Source: an uncultured Verrucomicrobiae bacterium
GTDB lineage: Bacteria; Verrucomicrobiota; Verrucomicrobiia; Limisphaerales; Palsa-1400
Assembly: GCA_963813995.1 (NCBI GenBank)
Contig: CAWFAZ010000079.1
Coordinates: 23,236-87,235 of the forward strand
Length of the DNA: 64,000 nucleotides
Direction of reading: 5' to 3'
The translations under genes were made by a program, and so were the position numbers. Below the pieces are notes generated by a model, which was not told the DNA's origin, ran no database searches, and saw nothing but the letters and a program-made list of their open reading frames with translations. Each line of letters starts with the position of its first letter. The first letter of the stretch is position 1. This document shows positions 1 to 8,700 of this stretch, in pieces.

Positions 1-493
1 CGTCGGCGGGCGCGCGTTCGTTCACCGGCGGATGGTGCGGATAATCCTGCGGATGCGTCGTGAGCGCCTCCGGCATGAAGCCGATTTGGACATAAGGTTT
101 GAGGCCGCGTTGGAGCCAGGCATCGAAAATCTGATCGTTGATTGTCCAGTCATAAACTGGCTGGCCGTTCGCATCTTCCTTGTAGGCGCTGGTCGAACCC
201 CATTTCAACGCATACGAACCATCGCCGCTGGTGAGCAGATGATGCGCGCGAAAATAAACCTGCGGTCCGCCGAGCCTGCCGAGTTCAGACAACAATTTTT
301 TGCCGTCCTTCATGCAGGCGTAGTTCGGTTCGTCCGCGCCGAAGAAACGCCAGATCGGCGTCAATTCTCCGACCGGCTTGGCGGCGTCCACCGTGATGCT
401 GACGGGGAAAAAAGCGTTGGCGGCCGGGCCGGCAAAGGCAAATGGCGTGGACAAAAGAGCGGCTAAAAAGCGGGTGAGTTGGAGATGGCGCAT
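1..493 (-). CDS. Glycoside hydrolase family 39-like secreted protein, N-terminal part (gene continues beyond window start)
   Basis: Absent from the ORF track because there is no stop codon in the window. The reverse-strand ATG at 493-491 gives MRHLQLTRFLAALLSTPFAFAGPAANAFFPVSITVDAAKPVGELTPIWRFFGADEPNYACMKDGKKLLSELGRLGGPQVYFRAHHLLTSGDG...KWGSTSAY. This is a signal peptide followed by motifs I recognise from GH39 beta-xylosidase-like enzymes. Confidence 0.6.
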   Translation of the reverse strand, partial: MRHLQLTRFLAALLSTPFAFAGPAANAFFPVSITVDAAKPVGELTPIWRFFGADEPNYACMKDGKKLLSELGRLGGPQVYFRAHHLLTSGDGSYALKWGSTSAYKEDANGQPVYDWTINDQIFDAWLQRGLKPYVQIGFMPEALTTHPQDYPHHPPVNERAPAD

Positions 494-773
494 GATGCTG
501 TTAATATGGGCCATCGTATCGAATGGCCGGTCCGGATACAAAGGGGAAAACATTCTGGGCGCATCGCAATTTTTGGACACTTGTCAGCGCCGCCGGAGAT
601 CAAACCCCGATCTGCCGGGGGGAATGTCTAATGCCGAAATCCTAATGACCAATCAATGCTCAAATGACCCAATGACGAAAAGGCGCCCCGGCCAACCGAT
701 TCGTCATTCGGGCTTCGTCATTCCTTGGTCATTCGTGCTTGGACATTGGACATTCATCCGGCTAGGTTCTCTT

Positions 774-1592
774 ATGGCGCAGGAATTCGATACGATTGGC
801 ATCATCGCGGGCAACCGCTCGCTGCCGCTGGTCTTTGCCCGGCAGGCAAGGGCTTCGGGCGTCAAGCGGCTCGTGGCCGTTGCCTTCGCAAACGAAACCT
901 CTCCCGAACTGGCGGCGTTGGTGGATGACATTGTCTGGCTCAAGGTGGGCCAGCTTTCGAAGATGATCTCGGCCTTGAAGGAGCGGCGGGTCGGTTGCTG
1001 CGTCATGCTGGGACAAATCGCGCCGAGGAATTTGTTCGATGTCCGCCCGGATTTTCGCGCCGTGGCCCTGCTCATGAAGTTGAAGGAAAAAAACGCGCAT
1101 TCGATCTTCGGCGCCCTGGCGGAGGAGTTGAAGAAGGAAGGGATTGAGTTGATCGAACCGGTGCGCTGGCTGCGGCCGCTTATGCCGGAGACCGGCTTTT
1201 GTTTGGGACCGGCATTGAGCGGGGAGCAAAAGGCGGATGTGGCCCTGGGTTTGCGCATCGCCAAGGAGGTTTCCCGGCTGGAAATCGGGCAGACGGTGGT
1301 GGTCAAGGAGGGCGCGGTGCTGGCGGTGGAAGGGTTTGAAGGGACGGATAATTGTTTGCGGCGGGGCGGGTCGCTGGCCGGGAGCAGCGGTGGCGCGGTG
1401 GCGGTAAAAGTGGCCAGGGACAAGCATGATTTGCGATTTGACATTCCGTGCATTGGAGCGGGCACGCTGGAAACCTGCCGGGAGGCAAGAATCGCGGTGC
1501 TCGCCTTCGAATCAGGCAAGACATTGCTGATGGACCGGGAATTAGTGGAGACGCTGGCCAAAAAACACAAAATCAGCGTGGCGGCTTGTTGA
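774..1592 (+). CDS. lpxI: UDP-2,3-diacylglucosamine pyrophosphatase LpxI (DUF1009)
   Basis: Internal ATG at 774 of ORF 378..1592. MAQEFDTIGIIAGNRSLPLVFARQARASGVKRLVAVAF...GQTVVVKEGAVLAVEGFEGTDNCLRRGG...DIPCIGAGTLE matches the LpxI family pattern. Confidence 0.8.
   Translation: MAQEFDTIGIIAGNRSLPLVFARQARASGVKRLVAVAFANETSPELAALVDDIVWLKVGQLSKMISALKERRVGCCVMLGQIAPRNLFDVRPDFRAVALLMKLKEKNAHSIFGALAEELKKEGIELIEPVRWLRPLMPETGFCLGPALSGEQKADVALGLRIAKEVSRLEIGQTVVVKEGAVLAVEGFEGTDNCLRRGGSLAGSSGGAVAVKVARDKHDLRFDIPCIGAGTLETCREARIAVLAFESGKTLLMDRELVETLAKKHKISVAAC
1536..1592. repeat. Direct repeat copy A: last 57 bp of lpxI, duplicated at 5048-5104
   Basis: cgggaattAgtggagacgctggccaaaaaacacaaaatcagcgtggcggcttgTtga versus cgggaattGgtggag...cttgCtga at 5048-5104. 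There are two mismatches, and both are synonymous in the lpxI reading frame. Confidence 0.9.
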
Positions 1593-1656
1593 GCGCGGGG
1601 ACGTCAATTCTGATGTCGCCAAAGACTTGCCAAGCAGTTAGAATCCACTCGCACAA

Positions 1657-2775
1657 ATGGAAACGAATAATGAAATGGCTGCTCCGGTTGCCACTGAACC
1701 TCAAGAGCCAGAGGGGTTGGACAGCGACGCACTTGATTTGGGTGCGTTCCCAATCGACAGCCTGATGATTCGAACCGAGACTCGCTCGGTGTTTGAAATC
1801 GTCCGTAGAATTGATTCAGGCCAGTATATCATGGCGACGGATTTTCAAAGGGATTTTGTTTGGGAGAATTGGCGTCAGAGCAAACTAATCGAGTCCGCTA
1901 TCTTGCGAATCCCACTTCCGGTGTTTTATCTGGCGGAGACACTTGCCGGGAAGATCGTGGTGGTTGATGGGTTGCAGCGACTCACCACCTTTCATCGCTT
2001 TCTGAAGGGTGAGTTTGCGCTTGAGGGGTTGGCCTTTGCCAAGGATTTGGAGGGGAAGAAATTCAAGGACTTGGCGGCGAGCATGCAGAACCGGATCGAG
2101 GATACGCCCCTGACGCTCTACCTCATTGATGCAAAAGTTCCCGAGGACGCGAAATATGAAATATTCGAAAGGGTGAACAGTGGTATTCCGCTGACGCGGC
2201 AACAAATGCGGAACTGCCTCTTCGTTGGAGAAGCAACCCGGTGGCTTGGTCGGATGGCAAAGGATGAACAGTTCCTTCTAACGACTCAATGTGGGCTCAA
2301 CAGCAAAACCATGCGCGATCGGGAATGCATCAACCGCTTCGCGGGGTTCTACCTTTATGGCTACGAGCGTTACGATGGGCGAATGGAGAATTTCTTGAAC
2401 GAAACGTTGCGTCGGATGAACCGCACACTGAAATCTGGCGACTATGACAATCTCTCTGTTAAATTCCGCCACACTATGGAAGCCAATAAACAAATCTTCG
2501 GACGGCACGCGTTCAGGAAGACCCTGGCCAATCCTTTGAATCCTTGGGGCAGAAGCGTGATTAACGTTGCGCTGTTCGATGTGTTCTCAACCCTCCTTGC
2601 CGATATTCCGGCCGAAGCCATCAGGGCGAAAACAGCGGCCATTTGCAAAGCGAGCTCGGCGCTGCTTGAACGCCCGGTATTCGATGAGGCGATTAGTCGT
2701 TCAACGAACTCGACCCGGAATGTTCGCTATAGGTTCACTCTAGCCAAAGAAATGCTCCAGAAGGCCCTCGCATGA
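1657..2775 (+). CDS. DUF262 (ParB-like nuclease / GmrSD N-terminal type) protein
   Basis: FQRDFVW, LIESAILRIPLPVFYL and VVDGLQRLTTF motifs typical of DUF262. The stop overlaps the next start (ATGA at 2772-2775). Confidence 0.85.
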   Translation: METNNEMAAPVATEPQEPEGLDSDALDLGAFPIDSLMIRTETRSVFEIVRRIDSGQYIMATDFQRDFVWENWRQSKLIESAILRIPLPVFYLAETLAGKIVVVDGLQRLTTFHRFLKGEFALEGLAFAKDLEGKKFKDLAASMQNRIEDTPLTLYLIDAKVPEDAKYEIFERVNSGIPLTRQQMRNCLFVGEATRWLGRMAKDEQFLLTTQCGLNSKTMRDRECINRFAGFYLYGYERYDGRMENFLNETLRRMNRTLKSGDYDNLSVKFRHTMEANKQIFGRHAFRKTLANPLNPWGRSVINVALFDVFSTLLADIPAEAIRAKTAAICKASSALLERPVFDEAISRSTNSTRNVRYRFTLAKEMLQKALA

Positions 2776-4022
2776 TCTCATCAATACAGTTGGAGCATTT
2801 CAAATGCTTCGCCTGCTTAAGGCTTCCTTTTGCGCCGCTGACACTTTTAACGGGGCTCAATTCCGCCGGGAAGTCGAGCGTGATTCAGCCATTAGTGCTC
2901 CTCCACCAGACAATGATGGACAGGGGAAGTTCGAAGTCTCTCGTGCTGAATGGGCCGCTCCTGCGTCTGGGTCGATTTATAGATGTCGTGGATGAGGTGC
3001 ATGGGCGTGATTCATTCGCTATTAGTGTCGCTGCGAACGAAACCTCAATCCGCTGGCTATTCCGTTCAGCTTCAAGGGACTCTAACGTGGCCAATGTCTC
3101 CGAACGGGCGGTGACAGTCGGCGGGCGCCCGTTACCAGACTCCGATTTTGATGAGAGACGCTTCTTTCCCCGCTTTTTGATTCCACAGGAAGCACGGCGA
3201 CAAAGCTTGGAAAAGATCGAGGAATGGTTGGCTGGCTTGATTTATCTTTCCACGGAACGCATTGGACCGCGTGAAACCTACCTAGCTGATTCAGGTTTCT
3301 CGTCTTCAAGCAGCTCCGGCATTGGCGACATGCTGAGGGAGACTCACCCTATCGGTGCAGGGTTCCCAAACAAAGTCCAATTGGGTAGTGGAGGGCAATT
3401 GACACCGTGGTTTCTAATTCAACACGGAGAACAGCAGGTTCACCCTTCACTTTGCCTTGAGGCTACAACAACCCTGGCTCGGCAAGTCGAAGCACGCTTG
3501 GCTGATTTTTTTCCAGGTGCTGGCTTGGAATTGAAGATGAGCGAGGGGACTGATGTGGTCACGCTTCGAATTCGGACAAGCCTCGGCGGTCGGTTTTACC
3601 GTCCGCACAATGTGGGATATGGGCTGACGAACATCCTTCCCGTTTTGGCGGCGTGCTTGGCTGCATCACCGGGCCTGCCCGTGATTATCGAGAATCCCGA
3701 AGCTCATCTACATCCCGCCGCCCAAGCAAAGATGGGGCAGTTCGCCGCACAGGTGGCTGCCACCGGAGTTCAGGTAATCCTGGAATCACATAGCGACCAT
3801 GTTTTGAACGGTATCCGCAGGGCTGTTAAAGAGCACGTTTTGCCGCCGGAGTCCGTGGCGATCCATTACTTCCAGCGAAGTGGCCAGGAAAGCGAACCTG
3901 AATCACAGGTTGTCTCTCCCGTTCTTAACGAGGCCGGGGTTATTGACCATTGGCCAAAGGGATTTTTTGACCAATTTGACCGTGATCTTGAGGCGCTGAC
4001 TGATTGGGGTCACACTTCATGA
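2772..4022 (+). CDS. AAA-type ATPase with DUF3696-like C-terminus
   Basis: Walker A GLNSAGKSS near the N-terminus. IIENPEAHLHPAAQ...ILESHSDHVL is a Walker B/D-loop-like segment. The C-terminal HWPKGFFDQF motif is typical of DUF3696 ATPases. ATGA overlaps at both ends. Confidence 0.85.
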   Translation: MISSIQLEHFKCFACLRLPFAPLTLLTGLNSAGKSSVIQPLVLLHQTMMDRGSSKSLVLNGPLLRLGRFIDVVDEVHGRDSFAISVAANETSIRWLFRSASRDSNVANVSERAVTVGGRPLPDSDFDERRFFPRFLIPQEARRQSLEKIEEWLAGLIYLSTERIGPRETYLADSGFSSSSSSGIGDMLRETHPIGAGFPNKVQLGSGGQLTPWFLIQHGEQQVHPSLCLEATTTLARQVEARLADFFPGAGLELKMSEGTDVVTLRIRTSLGGRFYRPHNVGYGLTNILPVLAACLAASPGLPVIIENPEAHLHPAAQAKMGQFAAQVAATGVQVILESHSDHVLNGIRRAVKEHVLPPESVAIHYFQRSGQESEPESQVVSPVLNEAGVIDHWPKGFFDQFDRDLEALTDWGHTS

Positions 4023-4969
4023 GCCGGTTTTTGTTCAACGACGCCTCTTTACACGGACAGTTTTCCTCCCTCGCGCAGTTTCTTTCAGCTCTGGCGCTGG
4101 TCTTTCGGATGCGAGACGCGATGCAGAAATCGGGATTTCGTTTGGAAGTCAATCATCGCGTAGCGGAACAAGCGACAATCAGCGAGCAAACGCTACGTCA
4201 AGTCATGGGCAAAGTTGACAACACGGAGAACAAGCGCCGCGTTTTGTCGTGGCTCGACAAAGACGGACCCTTCTGGGACGACACGCCAACTCATTCTGCT
4301 GACGAGTACTTTGATTGCGAGGGTGCCATAGTAACCGAGACGGCATTAGCCGAAGCGTGCTGCTTGATGGCGCAATCCACGGCAGCGGCGGTGATCACCC
4401 TGACGCCTTCAAGGTTCACCAAACATCCGCTCGAAGTATTCTGGCGCTGTCGCGCCGACGGCGATCGGAGTTGGCAAATACCAAATTTCTTTTCGGAAAT
4501 TTCCCTCGTCGAGCACTTACGGCAAATTCAAAGGCCACCGACTACTTGGCAACAGGTCCTTGATTGGACAGAATCGAACTGCCCGTCTTTGTTGCTTTCA
4601 CCTGATATTTTGTCCCAATTGCCCACCACCTTTTATCCGAACGTAGCCCAGCGTGCTCAGGCTCTTTTCAAAGCCCTGCATGAAATCAATTCTGCCCTTC
4701 AGGACGGCAACAAACCGCGGTTTGACGAATTGCGCCGCTTGTGGATGGAGGGCGACAAGGCTCGGATGACAGACTCATCCGATAGGGAAAAGGCCGAATT
4801 CGTTAACGAAATGAAATTCAAGAACCCTCTGACCGAACGGGTCATTTCTTGCACATGGCACGCGAAAATTAAGACGCCTCAGTTCCGAATTCATTTCGAA
4901 TGGCCAAAGCAAAATCCCAAGGACGCTCTGTTCATTGGCTATTTTGGACCGAAGCTCACCAAGCGTTAA
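4019..4969 (+). CDS. Hypothetical protein, third gene of the DUF262/ATPase operon
   Basis: ATG at 4019 overlaps the ATPase stop (ATGA at 4019-4022). The 316-aa ORF begins MSRFLFNDASLHGQF and has a C-terminal PQFRIHFEWP...LFIGYFGPKL segment. I recognise no family. Confidence 0.6.
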   Translation: MSRFLFNDASLHGQFSSLAQFLSALALVFRMRDAMQKSGFRLEVNHRVAEQATISEQTLRQVMGKVDNTENKRRVLSWLDKDGPFWDDTPTHSADEYFDCEGAIVTETALAEACCLMAQSTAAAVITLTPSRFTKHPLEVFWRCRADGDRSWQIPNFFSEISLVEHLRQIQRPPTTWQQVLDWTESNCPSLLLSPDILSQLPTTFYPNVAQRAQALFKALHEINSALQDGNKPRFDELRRLWMEGDKARMTDSSDREKAEFVNEMKFKNPLTERVISCTWHAKIKTPQFRIHFEWPKQNPKDALFIGYFGPKLTKR

Positions 4970-4996
4970 GCTGGAGGTTATCAGCAGTAGCGTTGC

Positions 4997-5059
4997 GGGA
5001 GGACGGTTCGCGGTTGACGGTTCGAGAATTGAAGGGTTGTGCTCGAACGGGAATTGGTG
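4997..5059. repeat. Partial copy of a dispersed intergenic element (family also at 5556-5682 and 15166-15254)
   Basis: ggaggacggttcgcggttgacggttcgagaattgaagggttgtgctcgaacgggaattggtg aligns with 5556-5630. It merges into the lpxI-end repeat at gggaattggtg. Confidence 0.8.
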
Positions 5060-5104
5060 GAGACGCTGGCCAAAAAACACAAAATCAGCGTGGCGGCTTG
5101 CTGA
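5048..5104. repeat. Direct repeat copy B of the lpxI 3' end
   Basis: See 1536-1592. It would still encode ELVETLAKKHKISVAAC-stop. Confidence 0.9.
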
Positions 5105-5121
5105 ACTCTGGATTGTGGGAA

Positions 5122-5511
5122 TCAGTTTTCCGTGGCAAGCAAAACCCCTTCCTTAAACACAGTTTGAAAAAAATGATCCTGGCTCGCCTGCTTCTCCGCC
5201 AGCCGGCCCGGCGAGATGGGCAATAAAGTGAATGCGGGACGCGGCCATACCGGGCGCATCGCCCGACGCCACTGCCGCGCCGCCTCCAACTGCCGCTCCG
5301 CGCCGTCGGCAACGATGCACAAGTCCACGTCGCTGTCCGGCCGCGCCTCCCCGCGCGCGTGGGAGCCGAACAGGTAAACCGCCCGCAACGGCAACACGCG
5401 ATCCATCGCCTCAAGACACCGCGCCAGCGTTTGACGCTGGCTTTGCAATTCTGCCGGCAGGTTGTCCAAGAGCAATTTCACGCGGTTCAATTTAAGGCTT
5501 CCCTGCCTCAT
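5122..5511 (-). CDS. Nucleotidyltransferase-domain protein (MNT-type antitoxin-like), orphan
   Basis: Internal ATG at 5511 of ORF 5122..5667. The [21 protein letters not shown] minimal NTase motif is present. No HEPN partner is adjacent. Confidence 0.7.
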   Translation of the reverse strand: MRQGSLKLNRVKLLLDNLPAELQSQRQTLARCLEAMDRVLPLRAVYLFGSHARGEARPDSDVDLCIVADGAERQLEAARQWRRAMRPVWPRPAFTLLPISPGRLAEKQASQDHFFQTVFKEGVLLATEN

Positions 5512-5555
5512 CGGCAAGCGGATACCGGGAAATGGAGGGCGGCGGCAGCCTCGCG

Positions 5556-5682
5556 GGGGGGACGGTTCGCGGTTGACGATTCGAGAATTGTTGAGAATTG
5601 AGGGGTTGTGCTCAAACAGGAATTGGTGTTCAATCATCGGGCCGATGAATACAACGCATCCATTCACAACGACGGCTTTTGA
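5556..5682. repeat. Full copy of the dispersed element, spanning the 5' leader and first 12 codons of the ybjQ-like gene
   Basis: ...gaggggttgtgctcaaacaggaattggtgttcaatcatcgggccgatgaatacaacgcatccattcacaacgacggcttttga recurs at 15166-15254 with few changes. Confidence 0.8.
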
Positions 5683-6016
5683 TGTGCCGGGTTACCGGAC
5701 AGTCAAGAATTTTGGGGTGGTCCGGGGGATCGTGGTGCGGTCGCGGTCGGTGGTGGGCAATTTCGGCGCGAGTATTCAGAGCTTCTTCGGCGGGAATATC
5801 ACCATTTACACCGAATTGTGCGAACAGACGCGGGACGACGCGTTTCGGGACATGATCATACACGCCAACCAGTTGAATGCCAACGCGGTGATAGGGGTGC
5901 GGTACGACGCCACGGAACTGGCGCCCGGCATAACGGAAGTGTTGTGCTATGGCACGGCGGTGCAGGTGGAGCCGGTGGCGCCCGGTTCCGGGCCACCAAG
6001 CCAGACGCCTCCGTAA
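5645..6016 (+). CDS. YbjQ/UPF0145 family protein
   Basis: ATG at 5645. [88 protein letters not shown] matches the YbjQ family. Confidence 0.8.
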   Translation: MNTTHPFTTTAFDVPGYRTVKNFGVVRGIVVRSRSVVGNFGASIQSFFGGNITIYTELCEQTRDDAFRDMIIHANQLNANAVIGVRYDATELAPGITEVLCYGTAVQVEPVAPGSGPPSQTPP

Positions 6017-6031
6017 GGAGCACAGCTTTTT

Positions 6032-6760
6032 ATGTCAGGACACAGCCGATGGGCAAAGGTAAAACATTTTAAAGGGGGGATTGACGCCAAGCGCGCGAAG
6101 ATATTCGCGAAGTTAAGCAAGGAAATCAGCATTGCGGCCAGGCTGGCCGGAGGGGATGCGGCGATGAATCCCCGTTTGCGGATGGTGTTGTTGAAATGCC
6201 GCGCGGCCAACATGCCCAATGACAACATCGAGCGCGCCATCAAGCGCGGCGCCGGCGGAGGCGAAGCCATCGAGTACACCGACCTCCATTACGAAGTGTT
6301 CGGCCCGCATGGCGTGGCCATCCTGGTTGAATTGAGCACGGACAATAAAAATCGCACCGCCGCGGAAATCCGCAGCCTGCTGGCCAAAAACGGCGGGACC
6401 ATTGCCACGGCCGGTTCGGTCACCCGGCTTTTTCAGCGCAAGGGGCAGATCATTGTGTTGCGCGAAGCGGCCGGCGAAGATCAATTGATGGAGCTGGCGC
6501 TGGAGGCGGGCGCGGAAGATTTCAGGAGCGACGCAGAGGGTTTCGAGATATTGACCGATCCCGCGCGCCTGGAAGCGGTGCATAAGGTGATCGAAGGCAA
6601 GGGAATCAAAGCCGCCGGAGCCGAGGTGACGTGGCTGCCGGTCAGCACGGTGCCGTTGAGCGACCCGAAGGCGGCCGGGGAAACCAGCCGCTTGATCGAT
6701 CTGTTGGAGGAGCACGACGATGTCAAAGACGTTTACTCCAACGCGGAATTCCCGGCATGA
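6032..6760 (+). CDS. YebC/PmpR family DNA-binding transcriptional regulator
   Basis: MSGHSRWAKVKHFKGGIDAKRAKIFAKLSKEISIAAR... is the canonical YebC N-terminus, and the ORF is full length. Confidence 0.9.
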   Translation: MSGHSRWAKVKHFKGGIDAKRAKIFAKLSKEISIAARLAGGDAAMNPRLRMVLLKCRAANMPNDNIERAIKRGAGGGEAIEYTDLHYEVFGPHGVAILVELSTDNKNRTAAEIRSLLAKNGGTIATAGSVTRLFQRKGQIIVLREAAGEDQLMELALEAGAEDFRSDAEGFEILTDPARLEAVHKVIEGKGIKAAGAEVTWLPVSTVPLSDPKAAGETSRLIDLLEEHDDVKDVYSNAEFPA

Positions 6761-6895
6761 TATGGGTGCCGGTGACATTTTATCACTTGGCCAGGCCATT
6801 GTAATCCCGCAAGATATTGCCAGATCCAGACCCCCTTACGCCTTTGGCCTTGGCTGCGTTCGGTTATGACGGTGATCGTGGAAAAGTGATCTCCA

Positions 6896-7990
6896 TTACT
6901 TGTTTATGATTGTGTCGATGACGGCCCATGTCGCAATGACACTGGCTGCCGTCGTCAAGGCACCGTACCGGGAATAGATTTCGGACGTCTGTTTGCTGGC
7001 CTCCTGGATATTGTGGTTGGGATTCGAAATCTGAGGAACAGACGCATTACGGATGGCAAACCATTTTGTATTCGAAAATTGCTGAAGCGCCATGCCGACC
7101 ATCGCGTCGCCCATGTCGCATACTTGGCCCAATCCTTGGAGTTTGTAATAATTAGTTGAGTCATCGAAACCGAAGAAATCAGTTGTGACAATCGTATCCT
7201 GTGAAGAAGCCCAAATTTTGGGTGTCTGGCGGGCATTGGGGATACGAGCGGCGTTGATTTTGGTGAGCGCTGGGGTGATTAAAGCCAGGCAGGCGGAGGG
7301 CAAATAGGCGGTTTCGAAAATCGCAGCATGCCAGGGCTTAGTCTTGAATTGAGTGGTGCAGTCAAATCTGACCAGCCCAGCAATCACGACATCCCCCAAG
7401 GCAACCTCTTTTCCTATTCCACCGCCCGTACCCGTGGTGATGAATAGTTTGGGCTGAATGGTCTGCGCGATTTCAGCCATCAGTTGGCGGACAGGCGTGG
7501 CAGGTCCGTCGTAGTCGAGGTGCAGCCCCGATTTGAATACAAGCACACGAGCGCCACCAATAACGCATGGGAAGTAAAGACCAAGACTGTGGTAAAAGCG
7601 CGCCATATCGGCCACTTTTGAATTAAACGGCGCATTCGCACCCGTGACCAATGGAATATAAGCGGCAACATTATGCCGATATTCATACCAATCCGATGTC
7701 GTGTAACCGGGTGTGAAAAGCGCGGCCAAGGCGGCTGCTTCGGCAGATGTCCAGGTTAGAACAACCGCATCATATCCACGAAATCTTGAAAGATCGTCAG
7801 TTTCCGCTGGCGCCGGGTGGAGAGGGGCGGGTGTCGGGGCGCGTCCTGACGGCCAGGGAACAGGACTTGGCAGGCGATCACTGGCCTTCGGCACGCGCGC
7901 ACCCTTGACACCGGCGGATTTGAAGCGAGCTTGCGGCTCCTCCGGGTTGTAGTTGAGAACCAAGTCCGCAAGATTAACAATTCTTGCCAT
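6896..7990 (-). CDS. Phosphorylase-superfamily (PNP/UDP_1-like) protein with a Pro-rich N-terminal extension
   Basis: 364-aa ORF. FITTGTGGGIG and VCDMGDAMVG segments resemble the glycine-rich and acidic catalytic segments of nucleoside phosphorylase / MTA nucleosidase folds. The assignment rests on motif resemblance only. Confidence 0.45.
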   Translation of the reverse strand: MARIVNLADLVLNYNPEEPQARFKSAGVKGARVPKASDRLPSPVPWPSGRAPTPAPLHPAPAETDDLSRFRGYDAVVLTWTSAEAAALAALFTPGYTTSDWYEYRHNVAAYIPLVTGANAPFNSKVADMARFYHSLGLYFPCVIGGARVLVFKSGLHLDYDGPATPVRQLMAEIAQTIQPKLFITTGTGGGIGKEVALGDVVIAGLVRFDCTTQFKTKPWHAAIFETAYLPSACLALITPALTKINAARIPNARQTPKIWASSQDTIVTTDFFGFDDSTNYYKLQGLGQVCDMGDAMVGMALQQFSNTKWFAIRNASVPQISNPNHNIQEASKQTSEIYSRYGALTTAASVIATWAVIDTIINK

Positions 7991-8047
7991 AAAGTTTCAT
8001 TTCTGCATCCAACTATTAAGCCAATCCACGACCCCAACAGCGCTTCG

Positions 8048-8488
8048 TTATTTATGAAAATGGCCAAAAGCCAGCGCCCCAGCCTTGACGGTAGTTTTGG
8101 TGATCGCGGCCTCCAAAGCAGGACCCAAACCATCTTGAGCCTTTAATGGCGGGCGCACACCGGAACCTGCCTCTCGGGTGAGTTCCGAAACAGTCGTTCC
8201 TAAGGCATAAGCTAGTTTCAACAGACTGAGAAAAGTCACGTTCCGAGTGCCCCTTTCTACATCGCAGATGTACGTGCGGTGCAGGCCGGACTCCTCTCCC
8301 AAGGCCATCTGGCTCATCCTCCGGCTCTCACGAACCCTACGGACAGCTTTTCCCAGAATTGTAAGTTCCACATTCACAGGGAATTGAGGGGAAATGGGAA
8401 AACGCGCCACATTGGGCTGCGGAAGCGCCCTTTCACCCTCCGCTCCCGCAGCGAAGTCTGTTTTCTGGCGACTGGCCGAGTTTACCAT
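8048..8488 (-). CDS. XRE-family helix-turn-helix regulator
   Basis: LGKAVRRVRESRRMSQMALGEESGLHRTYICDVERGTRNVTFLSLLKLAYALGTTVSEL is a classic Cro/C1 HTH. It lies 57 nt upstream of 6896..7990 on the same strand. Confidence 0.75.
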   Translation of the reverse strand: MVNSASRQKTDFAAGAEGERALPQPNVARFPISPQFPVNVELTILGKAVRRVRESRRMSQMALGEESGLHRTYICDVERGTRNVTFLSLLKLAYALGTTVSELTREAGSGVRPPLKAQDGLGPALEAAITKTTVKAGALAFGHFHK

Positions 8489-8700
8489 GCACTACCGTTG
8501 ATATCGCTGTCGGCTGGCCATAGGGAACAAAATCCTACGACCGGAAGTTTCTTATTGCCCGCTTCGCTTAAACCATTGATTCTCAAGACGCCTCCACAAG
8601 AGCCGAGGCCCAAATTTAATTCGTCGCATTTTCATCGTTTCCCGTCATCATCTGAATAGAGAGATGACCCGACGACGTTACGCCGGCTTTCATCTTTTTA

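Noticed and set aside
32-466. Plus-strand 144-aa ORF at the window start
   Set aside because: The opposite strand encodes a protein with a signal peptide and GH39-like motifs running off the window. The plus-strand ORF has no features.
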